This document shows, piece by piece, positions 13,951 to 27,432 of a DNA stretch of 64,000 nucleotides (positions within the stretch are counted from its first letter, which is position 1; each line of letters opens with the position of its first letter). The position numbers were made by a program, and so were the translations under genes. The notes below the pieces were generated by a model. That model was not told where the DNA came from and did no database searches. It saw only the letters and a list, made by a program, of their open reading frames with translations. Source of the stretch: Camelus ferus. Its lineage: Eukaryota. The DNA is taken from assembly GCF_009834535.1 (NCBI RefSeq), contig NC_045707.1, forward strand, positions 57,290,001 to 57,354,000, written 5' to 3'.

Positions 13951-16900
13951 CCTTACTTTATCAGTGTGATTTATCACCTATTAGCGAACTTTTCCAGGTG
14001 AGCGTACACCTGGAAGAAAAACAAAAACAAAAATAGTAGAAGACAGAAAATTGCCCTGCACGGTATTAGTGAATTGGGGAAGAGTGGTGACCAAATTGAC
14101 TCCAGAGAAACTAATCAGCTCCCTCTGTTTTACTGCTTATCCCGTCCCCACTTCCAGCAGTCAGGCCTGATTGAAATCCAGTCAAAACAGTTTCCGTCAG
14201 ATCAGGATGGGAGTTTGTGACTGTGGTGAATCACGCTGCCATTTGACTCTGCATTTGGCTCTGAGCGATGCTTGAGGCATGGAGACATGTAAAGCCAATT
14301 CACTCAGATCTGAAAATATCATCAGTATTATATTCACTAAACACCCTCATTTTTATCACAGTGCTTTTATTGACAGATATGAAAAGGCAAATTATTCTAA
14401 TCAAAACCAAATTTTTTAAAGAGTCAATGAGAAAAAGTTCAAGTGCCTTGGAGTACCAAAGATACTTTGTGCTTTGTTGACAGCAAATGAAAGAGTCATT
14501 TAAGAAGACTAACAATGTGTGGATTAGATGGTCAACGAGGCTTAATGCACAGTGATTTGAGTCTTTCCCTGGGGACTAGGAGGGCAGTTACTGAGCCTCA
14601 GTGCAGGAAAGCTAAAAATTCTCCCTCTGGGCTCTTCACTCATGCTAATGCAGAGGGTGACTCCACATAAGCTGGACAATCATTTAACTGACACCTACAA
14701 GCTGAAGAAAAGAAGGAAAAGGTAACCACAGTTTATTTCATGCTTTTGGTGGCTACTCAGGCAATGTGCTAGATACCTCACATGTATTTCCTCATTCCAG
14801 GTACCCTTCCATTTCCAACTGGAACATGTCACCAGGGCATTAACCTTGGTCCTTATATACATTCTTCAGTTATGTTCAAGTCATTCTGCAACATTTACTG
14901 GGATACAGACATGGAGCTTCCACGGCTGCAGCTATAGTTTATCAGTGCAGGAGAGCAGGGTGCATATCCCCACAAGACAAGTAAATGCAAACTCATAGAA
15001 GGCTAAAGGTGCATTTTTACAGATTCCCCTCCTAGAGACTGTATCTAAAAGATGGAGAACTCTGTGCTGTAACCATATTTGAAATATACTTGCACAACTT
15101 CTTTGATTAAAAAAAAAGGATAGAATAGAAAGAACAAAGAAAGACAGTAAACAAAGGATTCTATCATCTTGCCTCTGATTTTTTTTTTTCCTAGCTTTTT
15201 ATACAGTAAAATCAGCAAAGAAAAGATAATGTCTATACTGGGAGGGGATGAAGGGAAGAACCAAACACTGGAACACAGGTTGAGAGCCTTTGCAGGGTAC
15301 CCCCTTAGGCTAGGGCATAAATTAATCCATTCCCCAAGGGCTGTCTTACAAGAGCCGACTGCCTATTAAGGCTAGGTTGAGAAACTGTCTTATTTATTGT
15401 CTGGGTTTTTGTTGTTTATTTTTGTAACTAAAGCATAATGGACTGTTTCTCCTATATTTTCATTTGAGCCAAGGTTATAAAAGTGATCTGAATTGTATAT
15501 TAGCCATTTTATATCCTCATGAAATCTCTCAATATGACACATTTGAAAGTGAATGATTATATGAGGTATGTTTAGAATCGTAAAGCCATACCCGGGAAAT
15601 GTGAATTGCATTTTTGACATTTATCCATAAATTAATTACTCAAGCATTCATGCATAAGGAGAAATTGTTGAATTTTCTTCAGATGTTAATTATTGACCAA
15701 AATCTTATTCATATTTAGATGCACATCATTCAGGCATTTTTTTCTTATGTGAGGTGCATCTCCTGAAATAAAATATGAGCCTCTAGGGTAATGGAAAAGC
15801 CACACATTTTACAATTATCAGAAAAAGTCTATGGTGATAAATATTGCCTTTAAAACACCTGGGAAGCTATAATTTCTCAAAATAAATTGTAAACTAAGCA
15901 TGATTTTATTTTGCAGGGCTTTGAAGCTATAAATCAGTTTATGTTTGCCTCTATTCATTTAACCTATTGTTCCCTCACTTCCCTATTTCCAGGGAGGTGA
16001 TAATGATAACCCCTCTGTATCTCGTAGAGGCCATTATGAAGATAAATGGAATAATATATGTGAGCATACTCTGGGCTATTTGAAATAGTACATATATTGA
16101 TTTGAAAGAATATATATATGTATATATATATAAATTAGAATGTGGTTAATATTAATTGTTGTTGAGGAATTATAGACTAAACACTTAATAAGATTTTTAT
16201 ACTTTAATTCAAATAAAATTTCATAAAAATACTCAACATATTTCAATAAAGGAACCAGTGATTTACCACATCCTCTGATTCAAGTGATTCAAAATAAATG
16301 TTACTGATTTTTTCCTCTTGATTTTGTTTTTTTCTGATCACTCTAGTAAGTCCTCATGGGCCATTACTCACTGACACATTTTCTGGTCTGGTGAGCCTAA
16401 ATTCAGAAACACACCTTCCTAGTCTGTTTACAACTATAAAAGTTAGTCAGTGGCTATCTAGAGTTCTAACATTCTTCACGATAATTTCTAAAAGCTATTA
16501 TGCTGTTATCTTTAATCTTAATTGTGCTATTTTCCATCCCCCATTTTACCCATAGAGAGGAGTAATGATGCAAGTTATCAGAAACAGATAATCCATTGAT
16601 CCCTCCAGCAGAATAAGCAGTTGTGTGCAATGTGGACAGTCGCGGGGATTGTAAAAATATGGCTGTAACTGGGTTGGATTTATTCTTTCTATGGCTTTAG
16701 TATATTATTGGAGGGGAGTCCCAGCTGGGCTCTCCAACCTCCTTCGTCCAGTTAAATTGTGGCTATTCATGATTTCAAGGTCATTAACAGTCAGAAAATG
16801 AATGCAGATTAATATAGGGAATTGAATTTAATTCTCATTACTCTGGAGAAATAGCACTGGGAATGGATGTTATGCTTGCCTGTCTAATAGATCCCTCTTC

Positions 16901-17386
16901 TGTGCTCCCAAGGCACCCTGCCTACAGAAATATTTTCACTTGGATAAACAAATAAACTAGACAATGGCTATATTCTTTAAAAGAGCAAAAGCATGAATTG
17001 TGCACTTTAATCCCCAGCAACTAGAATAGTGGCTGGAATGAAACAAATGTAGTGTTAAATATGCTTATATGAATGAATGACTTAAAAAAATATTCATTAA
17101 CCAATTTAAATCTCAATGTGAAAAAATGTTACTCTTTTATTCTGACATCAGGTAAAATCAGAAAAGGAGGCTTGGAAAAGAACTTGGGAGAAAATGATGG
17201 AATTTAAATAGTTCTTAAAAAGATAGATTGCTTCACTGGGGAAGGAGGAACACCTTACTGGGCTATTCATAAGCAAGTACTCTGCCTCCTGTTCTTTGTT
17301 CTTGAAGGAAACGGGTCCTAATTTGGACCTTTTAAATCAGAGCTCTGCTTGTTCTTTCCTTTGTCTGAAATGTCTCTCTCTCTCTG

Positions 17387-17431
17387 GTTTTGTTTTGTTT
17401 TGTTTTGTTTGTTTTGTTTTGTTTTGTTTTG
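17387..17431. repeat. (GTTTT)n microsatellite
   Basis: About 9 near-perfect GTTTT units. Confidence 0.9.
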
Positions 17432-19409
17432 AATAAGTTTGCAGCAGGATGCCATGCAATGGCAAAGTATTTGCCTTTGTAAAAATTGCATATTCTTCTT
17501 TAGGAAGTTACCCTTGAAATAAAAAGAGCTGAGTCTTAGTTATTTAAAGTCCGCAGTATGTGACCCTTAACCAGCAATTAAATGGTGGACCCAGCATTAC
17601 AACTTTATAAACAATGCCAGGCAAATTTTTCCAAATTGAAGTTTTTAAAGTAAGATAGACATACTTAAGCACTATGATGATTTGGCAAAGTTCTAATTCA
17701 GCATACTGTCAATAGAATACAAATTATGTGAAAATCTTTATAACAACATAATGAGTAATTTTGCTGAAATGAAGGCTAAAAAATTAAATTATATGAAATA
17801 AATATATAATTTGTAGTTTGTTTTGCTTTATGTCTCATCCAAATACTTTCCTCCTTTCAACAGAATAACCAAGTATGTGTCATAATACTTAAATTGGTTC
17901 ACTTTTAATATTTTGCTGACTGGTAACAAAAATTACCAAAGCCTAATGCATATTTTTCTATATGTTCATTATGAAGGGATACTTGTCAAGATAGAAGAGA
18001 GGAATATATTTCATTTAATAGCCTGTAGTCATAGTTATAACTTCCAAATATTTAGTCTTACTGTATATGGACCTACTTTTGTAATCTTTTCCAAGTTCCA
18101 CAAATACTAGGTGTAAACCTGGGGATCACACTTACTGTAAAGAAAGTGGATGTTTCTAGTTTTACCAGTCTTGTGAAGAAGCCAGAGTATCAAAGTTTAA
18201 TTTTCTAAATGTTAAATATGTAACTCACAAAAAAACAAAAAGTAAGCTCAAGTCAAACACATTAATGAAAGATTAAGCCAAAGGTTAAACTGGTTCAATG
18301 GAGTATAAGAAAGACGAGTGTATGTACTACAGTCAGAGAAAGAAAAAATGCTGCAATGACATTGCTAAGTGAAGTTCAAAACTGTTTAATAGCCTCCAGG
18401 GCCATAAAATGTAACCTTTGGGATTATTTTTTCTATCAGACAGAAATCATTTGTATCTCAACTGGACAAAAATCATTTACAATTTACCAGTCATCTAAAG
18501 GTTAACATCTAACTGCATAGTGTCTGGAACTTTAACAATAGTAAATAGTAAATCAGACAAAACTGAGTCCTCTTAGAGAATTAGGTAAGCCTTGAGCAGA
18601 CCGATTAACCAGTATTATAGTATGTCACGGAAGGGATGTGTTGTCATCCTTTTGTCTCCCAAGTTTTGGATACTTTTTCTTAGTAAGGGAAAGGGGAAAA
18701 AAAGCTGAGAAATTCAGTCTTAAATTAGGGTGAGAGGGACTTCTTCTCTAACTGGAGCTGGGGCAGTGGGCCATGACTCTGAGCAATAGAGATAGGCTCA
18801 GAAACATACCATGTGGTAAGAGGAAGTTGGCCCTGGCCACTTACAGGCAGGTCTGAAACCAGGACAAGTGGTACCCTATGTGACTGGGACACTTCAGGGA
18901 TGGGCCTGGACTGGCATGCTCCAAGAAAAACTTTATTTTATTGCAGTTGTAATTTATTCTGTGTCTTCAAATCCTTTCTTTATCTCTAGCCTTCAGTAAA
19001 ATCCAGCCAAGTGGTAGCCTGATAGTTCACTGTGTTTTGGAAACTTAAGGAGGGGGTCTGTTTAATGTTTCGGTGGGTGTTCATGTTAGGCATGGATAAA
19101 AAGGGGAGGGGCAGTGTTTTTCCTCACACTGAAGCCTGTATTGTGATCGCATCAGTGACTCAAGGGAAGATGACCAGAAAGAGAACCTACATGAAATTAC
19201 TTACCACTGACATTGTTGATTATACAAAAAGAAAGAGCTATATTGATTGGACTTGGCCAAAACTAGTGGCAAGTGAAGATCAGGTCATATGAAATACCTG
19301 GGCAGGTGTGTATCAGAACTACTTGGAAGGGGGCTCTGGAAAAGACTAGCTTTTTCCTTCAGACATATGTAACAGGGTCCAGAGCACCTGTGCTTACTGA
19401 ACTGTAGTA

Positions 19410-19620
19410 CAATGATTGCAGCTATGAACTCATATTATCTGGGTTCAAATCCTAATTCCATCTCTTAATAGCTATATGAATTTGATATTACCTAGCTTCT
19501 TTCTGCCTCAGTTTCCGTATCAGTGAAATAGGTATAAAACGTTCCTCCAAACAGGGCTATTAGGAGAACGAAGTGAATATCTATCTACCTACCTATCTTC
19601 AAATACTTAAGTAGGTGCCT
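19410..19620 (+). mobile_element. MIR SINE
   Basis: 'tctgggttcaaatcctaattcc...ctgcctcagtttccgtatcagtgaaatagg'. Confidence 0.75.
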
Positions 19621-21454
19621 ATCATATTGTATGCAGTTTGTCTCTTGGCATAAGGTCTATTCTTGCCTTCCTGCATTTGCTTTTGAATTGTAGAAGTGGT
19701 AGCCTGCAAACTATATTTCCCCTGTCAGTCGGGTTCAGAATTTCGCAAAGAGGATGAGAGATGCTGTCTTTCCTTGCGTTTCGAGATGCCTTCCACAGAA
19801 GTAGTAGAGTGTCATATAGGCTTTTCAGTGGGAGTGTGGCTCCCAGGTGCCCACTCAGCTACAATAACAGCAGGGACAGAGCCTCCAGCAGAGTAGTGCC
19901 AAGGCAGGGCTTCAGTCCAGCAATGGTACCAGCTCTAGATCAACAGATAAAGCACTGTACTCTGTGTTTCAGCCTCTCCAACAACTTTGGAACTACTTCT
20001 GTGCAGTAAATCCCTTTACACTTGAAGTATCTGGACACAGCTGTTATTATTTTATTATATTACTTCCATTATTCATATCAATTATGATATTAATACTATT
20101 ATTAGTATTCTCTGAAACATTATCTAGGAACCAAAAAGTCTAACGATATAGCCTTTCTACCTAGCTTTTCCAATCTACTACTCTAGTCCTTTTTCCCACA
20201 TTCTTGATGCAGAAGAATATGTAATGAATGATCAAATAGTTATATGAACTAGTGTATCATTTAAATACACCGCTATAGGTTTATATCTATCACCGATCTA
20301 TGGCTTAGTGGGGGGAGAGATTTATTTCATTTGACGCCAGTCTAAGAAAGATCATATTATTTTGGAGAACAGATTTTGAACAATTAGAAAAATGTATAAT
20401 CAATAATAGGAGAGTTCTTACGTTCTACATAAGGCAAACGTGTCTAGAAATATTGTGTGACTTATCTTCAATATATTATCTTTCTTCAGCTTTCTGTTGA
20501 TTATCCATGACTTCTAACAGTTTGAAGGAGAAAATATATACCATACAGGTTACCTTGTTTCACAGCTGAAGCCACGTAGTTTATTTCCAATAGCTGGACT
20601 GCCTTTGTAAGGGAAACTGATCAATGAATTTAGCACCCCTAATTATAAATTCATAGAAGGATCTGTGAATGTGGGGTCTTAAAACAGGGGAATAATGTGA
20701 AAAAAAAATGGTCTGGAAAAGGCAGAATTGATATAGAAAGAAAGTATTTGGCTCAGCACTGAGCTTAAAATTTACTGAGAGATCAGTCTGGCTCACATTT
20801 TTTTCTTGGTTCTAATTCTTCCATTTCTTTAAGGGTTTAACCCTCTCATACTTGTCTTTCCTCATTGTCTTCCTCTGTTAGTCTCTGGAGAAGACTACTG
20901 TTGAATGTGTCCTCTCCATGCTCTGGTTTTTGCTGGCAGACAAGAGACTCCTCATTACACAGTTACACAGTATAGCTGGCCGTGGGCCACATTAGCTGGA
21001 AAATGGCTTCCCTTTGAACAACTCTTTCCAATGGCTTATTTCAGCAAACAGCTTCCTTGGCTAGGTTGATCTCTTTATTAGTAAACTGGGGTCCATAACT
21101 ATACAACATGTGACTAAAAGTAAATAAGATCAATATGCAGGTGTAACCTGTAGCACTAGCATCTTTGTTACAGTGATACCACCGGAGACATCTGATTAGT
21201 CTACATGGGAGACTTTCTAAAAGCTGGAGAAAGAAAATACAAAGAACTGCTGCAATATGATTTGAAGAATCATTGACTAGAAGACAGTAGGGCAAAATAA
21301 AGACTGTAGGGCTTTGTAATCAGACCACTTAAGCTCAGTCCTTGACCCTTTCACTCTAAGAATGAATTCATATCTTAATTTACCTGCCTCTCTCTTTTCC
21401 CTCTGCCTCTCGTCATACACACACACCACACAAGACATACCTACAGCTTGTATC

Positions 21455-21680
21455 AAAAGTCAGCCAGTTATTATGACCTGCTGCCCAAATTCAGCCTGCC
21501 ACCTATTTTTGTAAATAAAATTTTATTGGAAAATAGCCACACCCACTTGCTCACATATTGCCTATGGCCACTTTTTTACATCAAAGGCAGTTTAGTAGTT
21601 GTCAGAGATAATACAAATACAAAGCCTAAAGTATTTAATACTTGGACCTTCACAGAAAATATTGTGCTGATCTCTGGCTT
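21455..21680. mobile_element. MER58A-like hAT-Charlie element
   Basis: 'ccaaattcagcctgccacctatttttgtaaataaaattttattggaaaatagccacacccacttg...gcctaaagtatttaatacttggaccttcacagaaaa'. Confidence 0.8.
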
Positions 21681-21739
21681 AGATAACAGTAGAAGCTCAA
21701 GGAATTTTAGTCCCATTTCTTAAGCTAAAAAAATATGAC

Positions 21740-22815
21740 AGAGCATCTAGTGCCCAGACCTTGGTTTCTAATAAAAAGAAGCAGGGCTCCTTGGAGCATT
21801 GTCTGATCCCAGGGCTGAGGCAGGAAATATACAGGAGGAGCCTGGAGCATCTTGTAGTGCCAGAAAGCAAAGAAACGCAAAAAATAAACTAAACAAACAG
21901 AAATAGAGGTATATCAACAGGATGTAGGAGACAAATGAAGGTGCTCCCAGTGTCCAAAGCTGGAACAATTTGAGTAAATAAATAAATAAACAAATTAAAA
22001 ATTGTATTGGATTTTAACCCAAAGTCTAAAACAAATCTCCCTGCACTCATATGGATATAAATAACTGACTGACTAAACAAATAATGGGGGCAGAATAGAA
22101 AACTCTCCAGTGCAGAAGTCTTCCAAATACTTTTTGTAGATACTCTTCCCAAAGGTGAAACATAACTGTCCACTCCTTAAATGGGGCTGCACATAGCTAT
22201 TTCCTTCAAAGAGTACAGTACAGTAAAGGGGAAATAAGAGTAACTTTCTCATGGAGAAGCCTGACAAGCACTCTCTCAACCAGATGATCAGGGTCAGCAT
22301 CAACGGTGATAAGTCAGGTGGATGGTACGTACCTTTGATGTGGTGTCATGAGAATGATACTTTGCCTCTGTGGTCTTTCTCCACAAAATATATAACCCGG
22401 GTCTAATCGAGAAAAATCAGATAAACCCCAATTGAAGGACATTTTACAAAATATCTGACCAGGATGCCTCAAAACTGTCAAGGTCATCAAAAACAAGGGA
22501 AATCTGAGAAACTGTCACAGCCAAAAATAAGCTAAGAAGAAAGCATAACTACTAAGTGTATTGCGGTTTCCTGGGTGGAATTCTGGAAAAGAAAAAGGAC
22601 ATTAGGTAAAAGCTAACGAAATCTGAATAAACTGTAGACTTTCGATGATAATAATGTTTCAATTTTATTGCTACATTAATTATAACAAATGTATAATACT
22701 AATATAAGATATGAACAATAGAGGAAACTAGGTTTGGTGTATATAGGAACCCTGTTCTATTTTGTAATTTTTCTGTAAATCTAAAACTATTCTAATACAA
22801 AGTGTTTATTAAGTA
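21740..22815 (+). mobile_element. L1MC-type LINE-1 3' end
   Basis: 'aaacccc aattgaaggacattttacaaaatatctgacca...ctcaaaactgtcaaggtcatcaaaaacaagggaaatctgagaaactgtcacag...ctgtaaatctaaaactattcta' are L1MC 3' UTR motifs. Confidence 0.8.
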
Positions 22816-24083
22816 TTTGGCAGAAAACACTTGAAAAGTTTTCATATTTGGATGACCATATCTTACACAGTTAGATGTGGAATTTATTTCATCACATAGA
22901 TCCAACAGAGCAGCATAAAATGAAGAAAGATTCCAAATGTTTATTATCTTACAGTAATATACCATGCTAAAATATTTTGCTTGAAAATGTCTGCACCTTT
23001 TGCATATGTAACAATGGGCTTTGATCCTAAAAATGCTAAAGAAGTAAGAAATTTTATTTCAGGGAGAAAAGATAAAATTAGCAGGAGATAACAGCCATAC
23101 TCTGAAATATAATAAAGTCATTCAGAGGCTCTATACAATAGCAGTACAAAAGAGAATGAAGGACACAGTTAAAGGGTAAAATCTACTGGGGACATATTTA
23201 ATTCAAGTATTGCATTTTGGAAACTACCCAAAAGCAGTAAGAGAGTTAGCACAACGTCTGGGAAATCAGGGTGAGCAATACAATAGAATGGCAGCTCACT
23301 TGTATATTTGGAGGGGAAAAAATCAACATAATGAGAAAGAAAACTAGTTTTCCTGCATTTAAAGGGAAAAAAATACTCCACACTGTAAACATTTTTCCCA
23401 AAGAAGTAACTATCTCCCAGGTGGAAAATGTGCGGCTTATAATGTGCAGCTTGAAATGCAAGGGCAATCTATGCCAAGAATACATCTAAAATTGACACCC
23501 AGTTCATTGCGGAGATAGCTAAAGTTTGAATGCTTTAAACAGTTAAGCAAGGAAATCTAAAGCTGTCATCTGAAGCATTTTAAATCCATGACAACATGCT
23601 TAGTTGTAAAATGATGGTTCTAAGCCAAATTAAGCCATACTGGGGATCTTACTGAAAGAGAAACTGATATTTCACAAGGGATGTGTCATGTCATGTTGGA
23701 ATACAGTATCATAAATACCTTGGGCCTCTGATGCAAGAAGCAAAGTGATACACCCTGACTTAATCTTAAGGAAATACCTTTTTCAATCTATTTGAAGATA
23801 AGGAAGCAATGCAGTCATTTAGAAGACCTATAATATTCCCTTTGAAAGACGCATTAGGAACGTAGTTAACCACAAATCAATGATTTGAATTGTTTCTCCT
23901 AATACAACAGAAAAAAATGTTTAGAACCACTGTCTTTGCCTAGCAAATTATTTTTTAAAACAGTCCTCAAGGCAGCTCAAGATAATAAAGCAATTAACTT
24001 ATCCATTTCATCATGCTAGATCTGAGAATACCTGTTACACAGAAAATTATTTATTAACTTATTGGTACTCTGTGCTAATACTT

Positions 24084-24209
24084 TTTTAAACATTTTTTAT
24101 TGAGTTATAGTCATTTTACAATGTTGTGTCAAATTCCAGTGTAATGCACAATTTTTCAGTTATACATGAACATATATATATTCATTGTCACACTTTTTTC
24201 GCTGTGAGT
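24084..24209 (-). mobile_element. Young, heavily 5'-truncated L1 3' tail (camelid-like) with target-site duplication
   Basis: 'ttttttattgagttatagtcattttacaatgttgtgtcaaattccagtg...ttttttcgctgtgag' flanked by tactctgtgctaatactt (24066-24083) and tactatgtgctaatactt (24210-24227). Confidence 0.85.
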
Positions 24210-24529
24210 TACTATGTGCTAATACTTAAATACAGAAAATCTGTACATTGTACTGTTAGGAACTTAATTGTCAAAATAATTTTCAAAATTTGATTTTATT
24301 GGTTTACTCCAAGTTGCATATATAAATTCTACACATGTTTGCTTTGGCCTGATGTCTATAATTTGAATCATTTTTTTCAGAAGCAACTATTATTTTTTTT
24401 AATGATGAGTAAAGGTGAAACAGACAGACTGATTCCTTTGATTGCTTGACAGTTACATTGTTTAACTTCTTGGCTAAAGGGTAAGGAATTAATTTTGCTT
24501 ATTCCATTATAGCCTTAGCACAAGCCATT

Positions 24530-25340
24530 TATCAAGATTCATTTATTTAACAAATGTTTATTGATCGCAAAATTTGTGTCAGGCTTTGTGCTAAAATTTC
24601 AGGGATACAACTGTAAACAAAATCAGAAAGAGTCTCTGTCCTCATAGAGCTTATAGTCTAATGAAAAAGAGAGAGATTAACTAGATAATCATATAAACAA
24701 ATGTGAAATTGCTCTTGTAATAACTGCTAGAAAGGACAAGTGCTTGGTGCTATGTGATTTAGTCAGACTTGGAAAAATCTTCTCTGAGATTCACAGTTGG
24801 GTTCAGATATAAAGAGTTAGAATGTATGCTACTAACTTATGGTGAAAGATAATTTGGACCATGAATGAACTTTGAAGACCATAGTAAAAATGCTTTTATT
24901 TTAAGAGAGTAGGAGAGCATTTAAGAGTTTTAACCTAAAGTGACATAACTATTTTTGCATTTTAAAAATGTCATGTAATCTATTATGTGGATAAATGGTA
25001 GGATGAGGCTGGCCTGGATGCAGACAGATTAGTCCAAGAGTTATTACAGCAGTCAGGAGTCAGTTTTTGAGAAGCTGAGTCATGATGTTTTTCTTGGAAA
25101 TGCCAAACAGTAGATAGGTCTGAGAGCCATTTAGGAAATAATATGAACTGGACTTGGTTATGGGTTGAATACAGGGGTGAGAGATAAAAGAGATTTCTAG
25201 ATTAAAGAGATTTCTGGCTAATGGGTATTGGAGCTATCGTTAAGACAGAGTTTAAAAGAAGATTATTAAAATGTGGGGAAATATGATGTGGAATTGATGA
25301 GTCCATTTTGGGATGTTGACTTTAAGATGCCACTGAGGCA
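24530..25340. mobile_element. L2 LINE fragment
   Basis: 'ttcatttatttaacaaatgtttattga...ctctgtcctcatagagcttatagtcta...gagtccattttgggatgttgactttaagatgcc'. Confidence 0.75.
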
Positions 25341-25344
25341 CTTT

Positions 25345-26546
25345 CTTGAGGGTTGACCTGAACAGTGCTTTTAGAACGACAGAGTAAGGATCTCCAAAAA
25401 TCTGCTCCCCTATCATAAAAACAATGAGAACACTAGCAATAACTGTCAAAATCAACTTGTAAAAACTCTGGAAATTAATTAACGGCTTACAACAATTAGA
25501 GAAGACTTTATGTAGTAAAAATGGCTGAATCTCAATAAGAACAGTGAGCACTGTGGCATTTTAACTTGCCTCATTCCCATCATCCTCTTCCCACCTCCAT
25601 AGCATCATTGGAAACCCATGGGCTCACAGCTAGACAGTTGTAACAGCCAGCAGCCTAGCAGATACCGGAGGGACAGAGTGGCTTTGGAGTTACTTAAGGT
25701 CTCATCTCCAGAGAAATATCTTTATTTGACTTTGCTAGCAGCTCCTAGGTAAAGCTTCATTCTTAGAACCTGCTGTTCTTTGACCTAACTCAGAGCTCCC
25801 TATGTGTGAGTCTCATCTCCAGGGTAATTGTAGAAAATAGTTAGTGGTAATTACTTAACATTGCAGCTGCCTGAGGCAGTGATACCACTTGTCGCTAACA
25901 AGAAGTTGACTGAAAATCTCAAAAGGAGAAATGGGGGAGTGAGATGTTCATTGGGGGATGTTATTCCTGAAAATCTAGAAGGTGATGCTCGTATGCAGGG
26001 CTGTGCATATTTTATACCCAAAAATTTATATCTCTCACCTTTAGCTGATGTTGATGCTCTGCCTCAGTAGGAAGCAAAGACTAAGGCAGGGTTTCAACTG
26101 TGTGCTGGAGCATTGAGTGCATACCCTAACATACAAACAGAGCCCTTCAGCAAGACTGGGAGACTTACCAGTTCAGGGCCGTTAAGAAAATCTAATCATT
26201 AGCTGATCACTAAGTTAACTGAGAATAGAATTCATTGGCTGCCCACAATGAAGAACACAGACTAAATTAGTCCAAGAAAGTCACTCAACATACAACTTTG
26301 CTGGTGGGGTTGTAAAGTGTTGCAGCCACTTTGGAAAACTGTTTGAGAGTTCCTAAACTTGTAAACCATAGATTTACCATAGGATCCCAGAAATTCTCCT
26401 CCCAGGTATATGCCCAAGAGAAGTGAAAACCTATTTCCACACAAAAATGCATACCTGAATGTTCATAGAAATGTTATTTATAATAGTAAAACAGTGGGGG
26501 GAAAACCCCAAATATCCATTAAGTGAGGAATGAACAAACAATAAGG

Positions 26547-26589
<43 letters not shown>

Positions 26590-26960
26590 GAATAGTGTTT
26601 GTCAATAAAAAGGAATTAAGTACTGATATATGCTACAACATGGATGAACCATGAGACATCATGCTAAGTGAACAAAATCAGACACAAAAGGCATGTAGTA
26701 TATGATTCCATTTAGATTAAATGTCCAGAATGGGATATCTAGAAAGGTAGAAGAGTAGTGGTTGCTAGGGTTTGGGGGAAGTGGGAACGAGGGGTGAATG
26801 CTACCAGGTATGGTGTTTCCTTTTAGGGTGATGAAAATATTCTAAAATTACATAGCAGAGATGGCTGTACAGCTTTGTGAATATACTTAATTGTATACGT
26901 CAAATGGGTAAATTTTATGGCATGTGAATTGTAGCTCAACAAGAATCTTACCAAAAAAAA
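25345..26960 (+). mobile_element. Old L1 fragments (5'-UTR-like piece joined to an L1M 3' end), containing (CA)n at ~26548-26587
   Basis: 26295-26960 'gcagccactttggaaaactgtttg...ttaccataggatcccag...acatggatgaacc...atgctaagtgaa...ggtgatgaaaatattctaaaatta' is a typical L1M 3' end. The 25345-26290 assignment is less certain. Confidence 0.7.
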
Positions 26961-27079
26961 AAGGATGAAATGATAATTTTCAATGTTTGATGTTTATAGG
27001 AAGAAAGATAATCACTTTGGATACAAGTTAGAAGGTTTTCTGTTAACTTTTTTTGATATGGTGATAAAGTTTCATAATT

Positions 27080-27432
27080 GCCTTAGTTCATGAATGCTGC
27101 TATCACAGAATACCACAGAGTAGGTGACCTATAAAAACAGAAATATATTTCCCACAGTCTTGGAGTCTGGGAATCCAAGATCAAGGTGCTGGCAGATTCT
27201 GTGTGTGGTGAGGGCCCATTTCCTGGTTCTCAGATGGCCATCTTCTCCCTGTGTCCTCACAAAGTGGAAGAGGCAAGGGAGCTATCTAGGATCTCCTTTA
27301 TAAGGGCACTGATCTCATTCATGAGGACTCCATTCTCATGACCTAATCACTTCGCAAATGTCCCACATCCAAAAGCCATCACACTCGGGTTTAGAATTTC
27401 AACATTTGAATTTTGGGAAAACCCATTCAGTG
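27080..27432 (-). mobile_element. MLT1A-like MaLR solo LTR
   Basis: 'gctgctatcacagaataccacagagtaggtgacctataaaaacagaaat...ccaagatcaaggtgctggcagattc...tcatgacctaatcac...tttcaacatttgaattttgg'. Confidence 0.85.

Noticed and set aside
25187..25215. Short direct repeats (aaagagatttct x2; similar ones at ~9017-9047 and 39827-39882)
   Set aside because: Small slippage-type duplications with nothing suggesting function.
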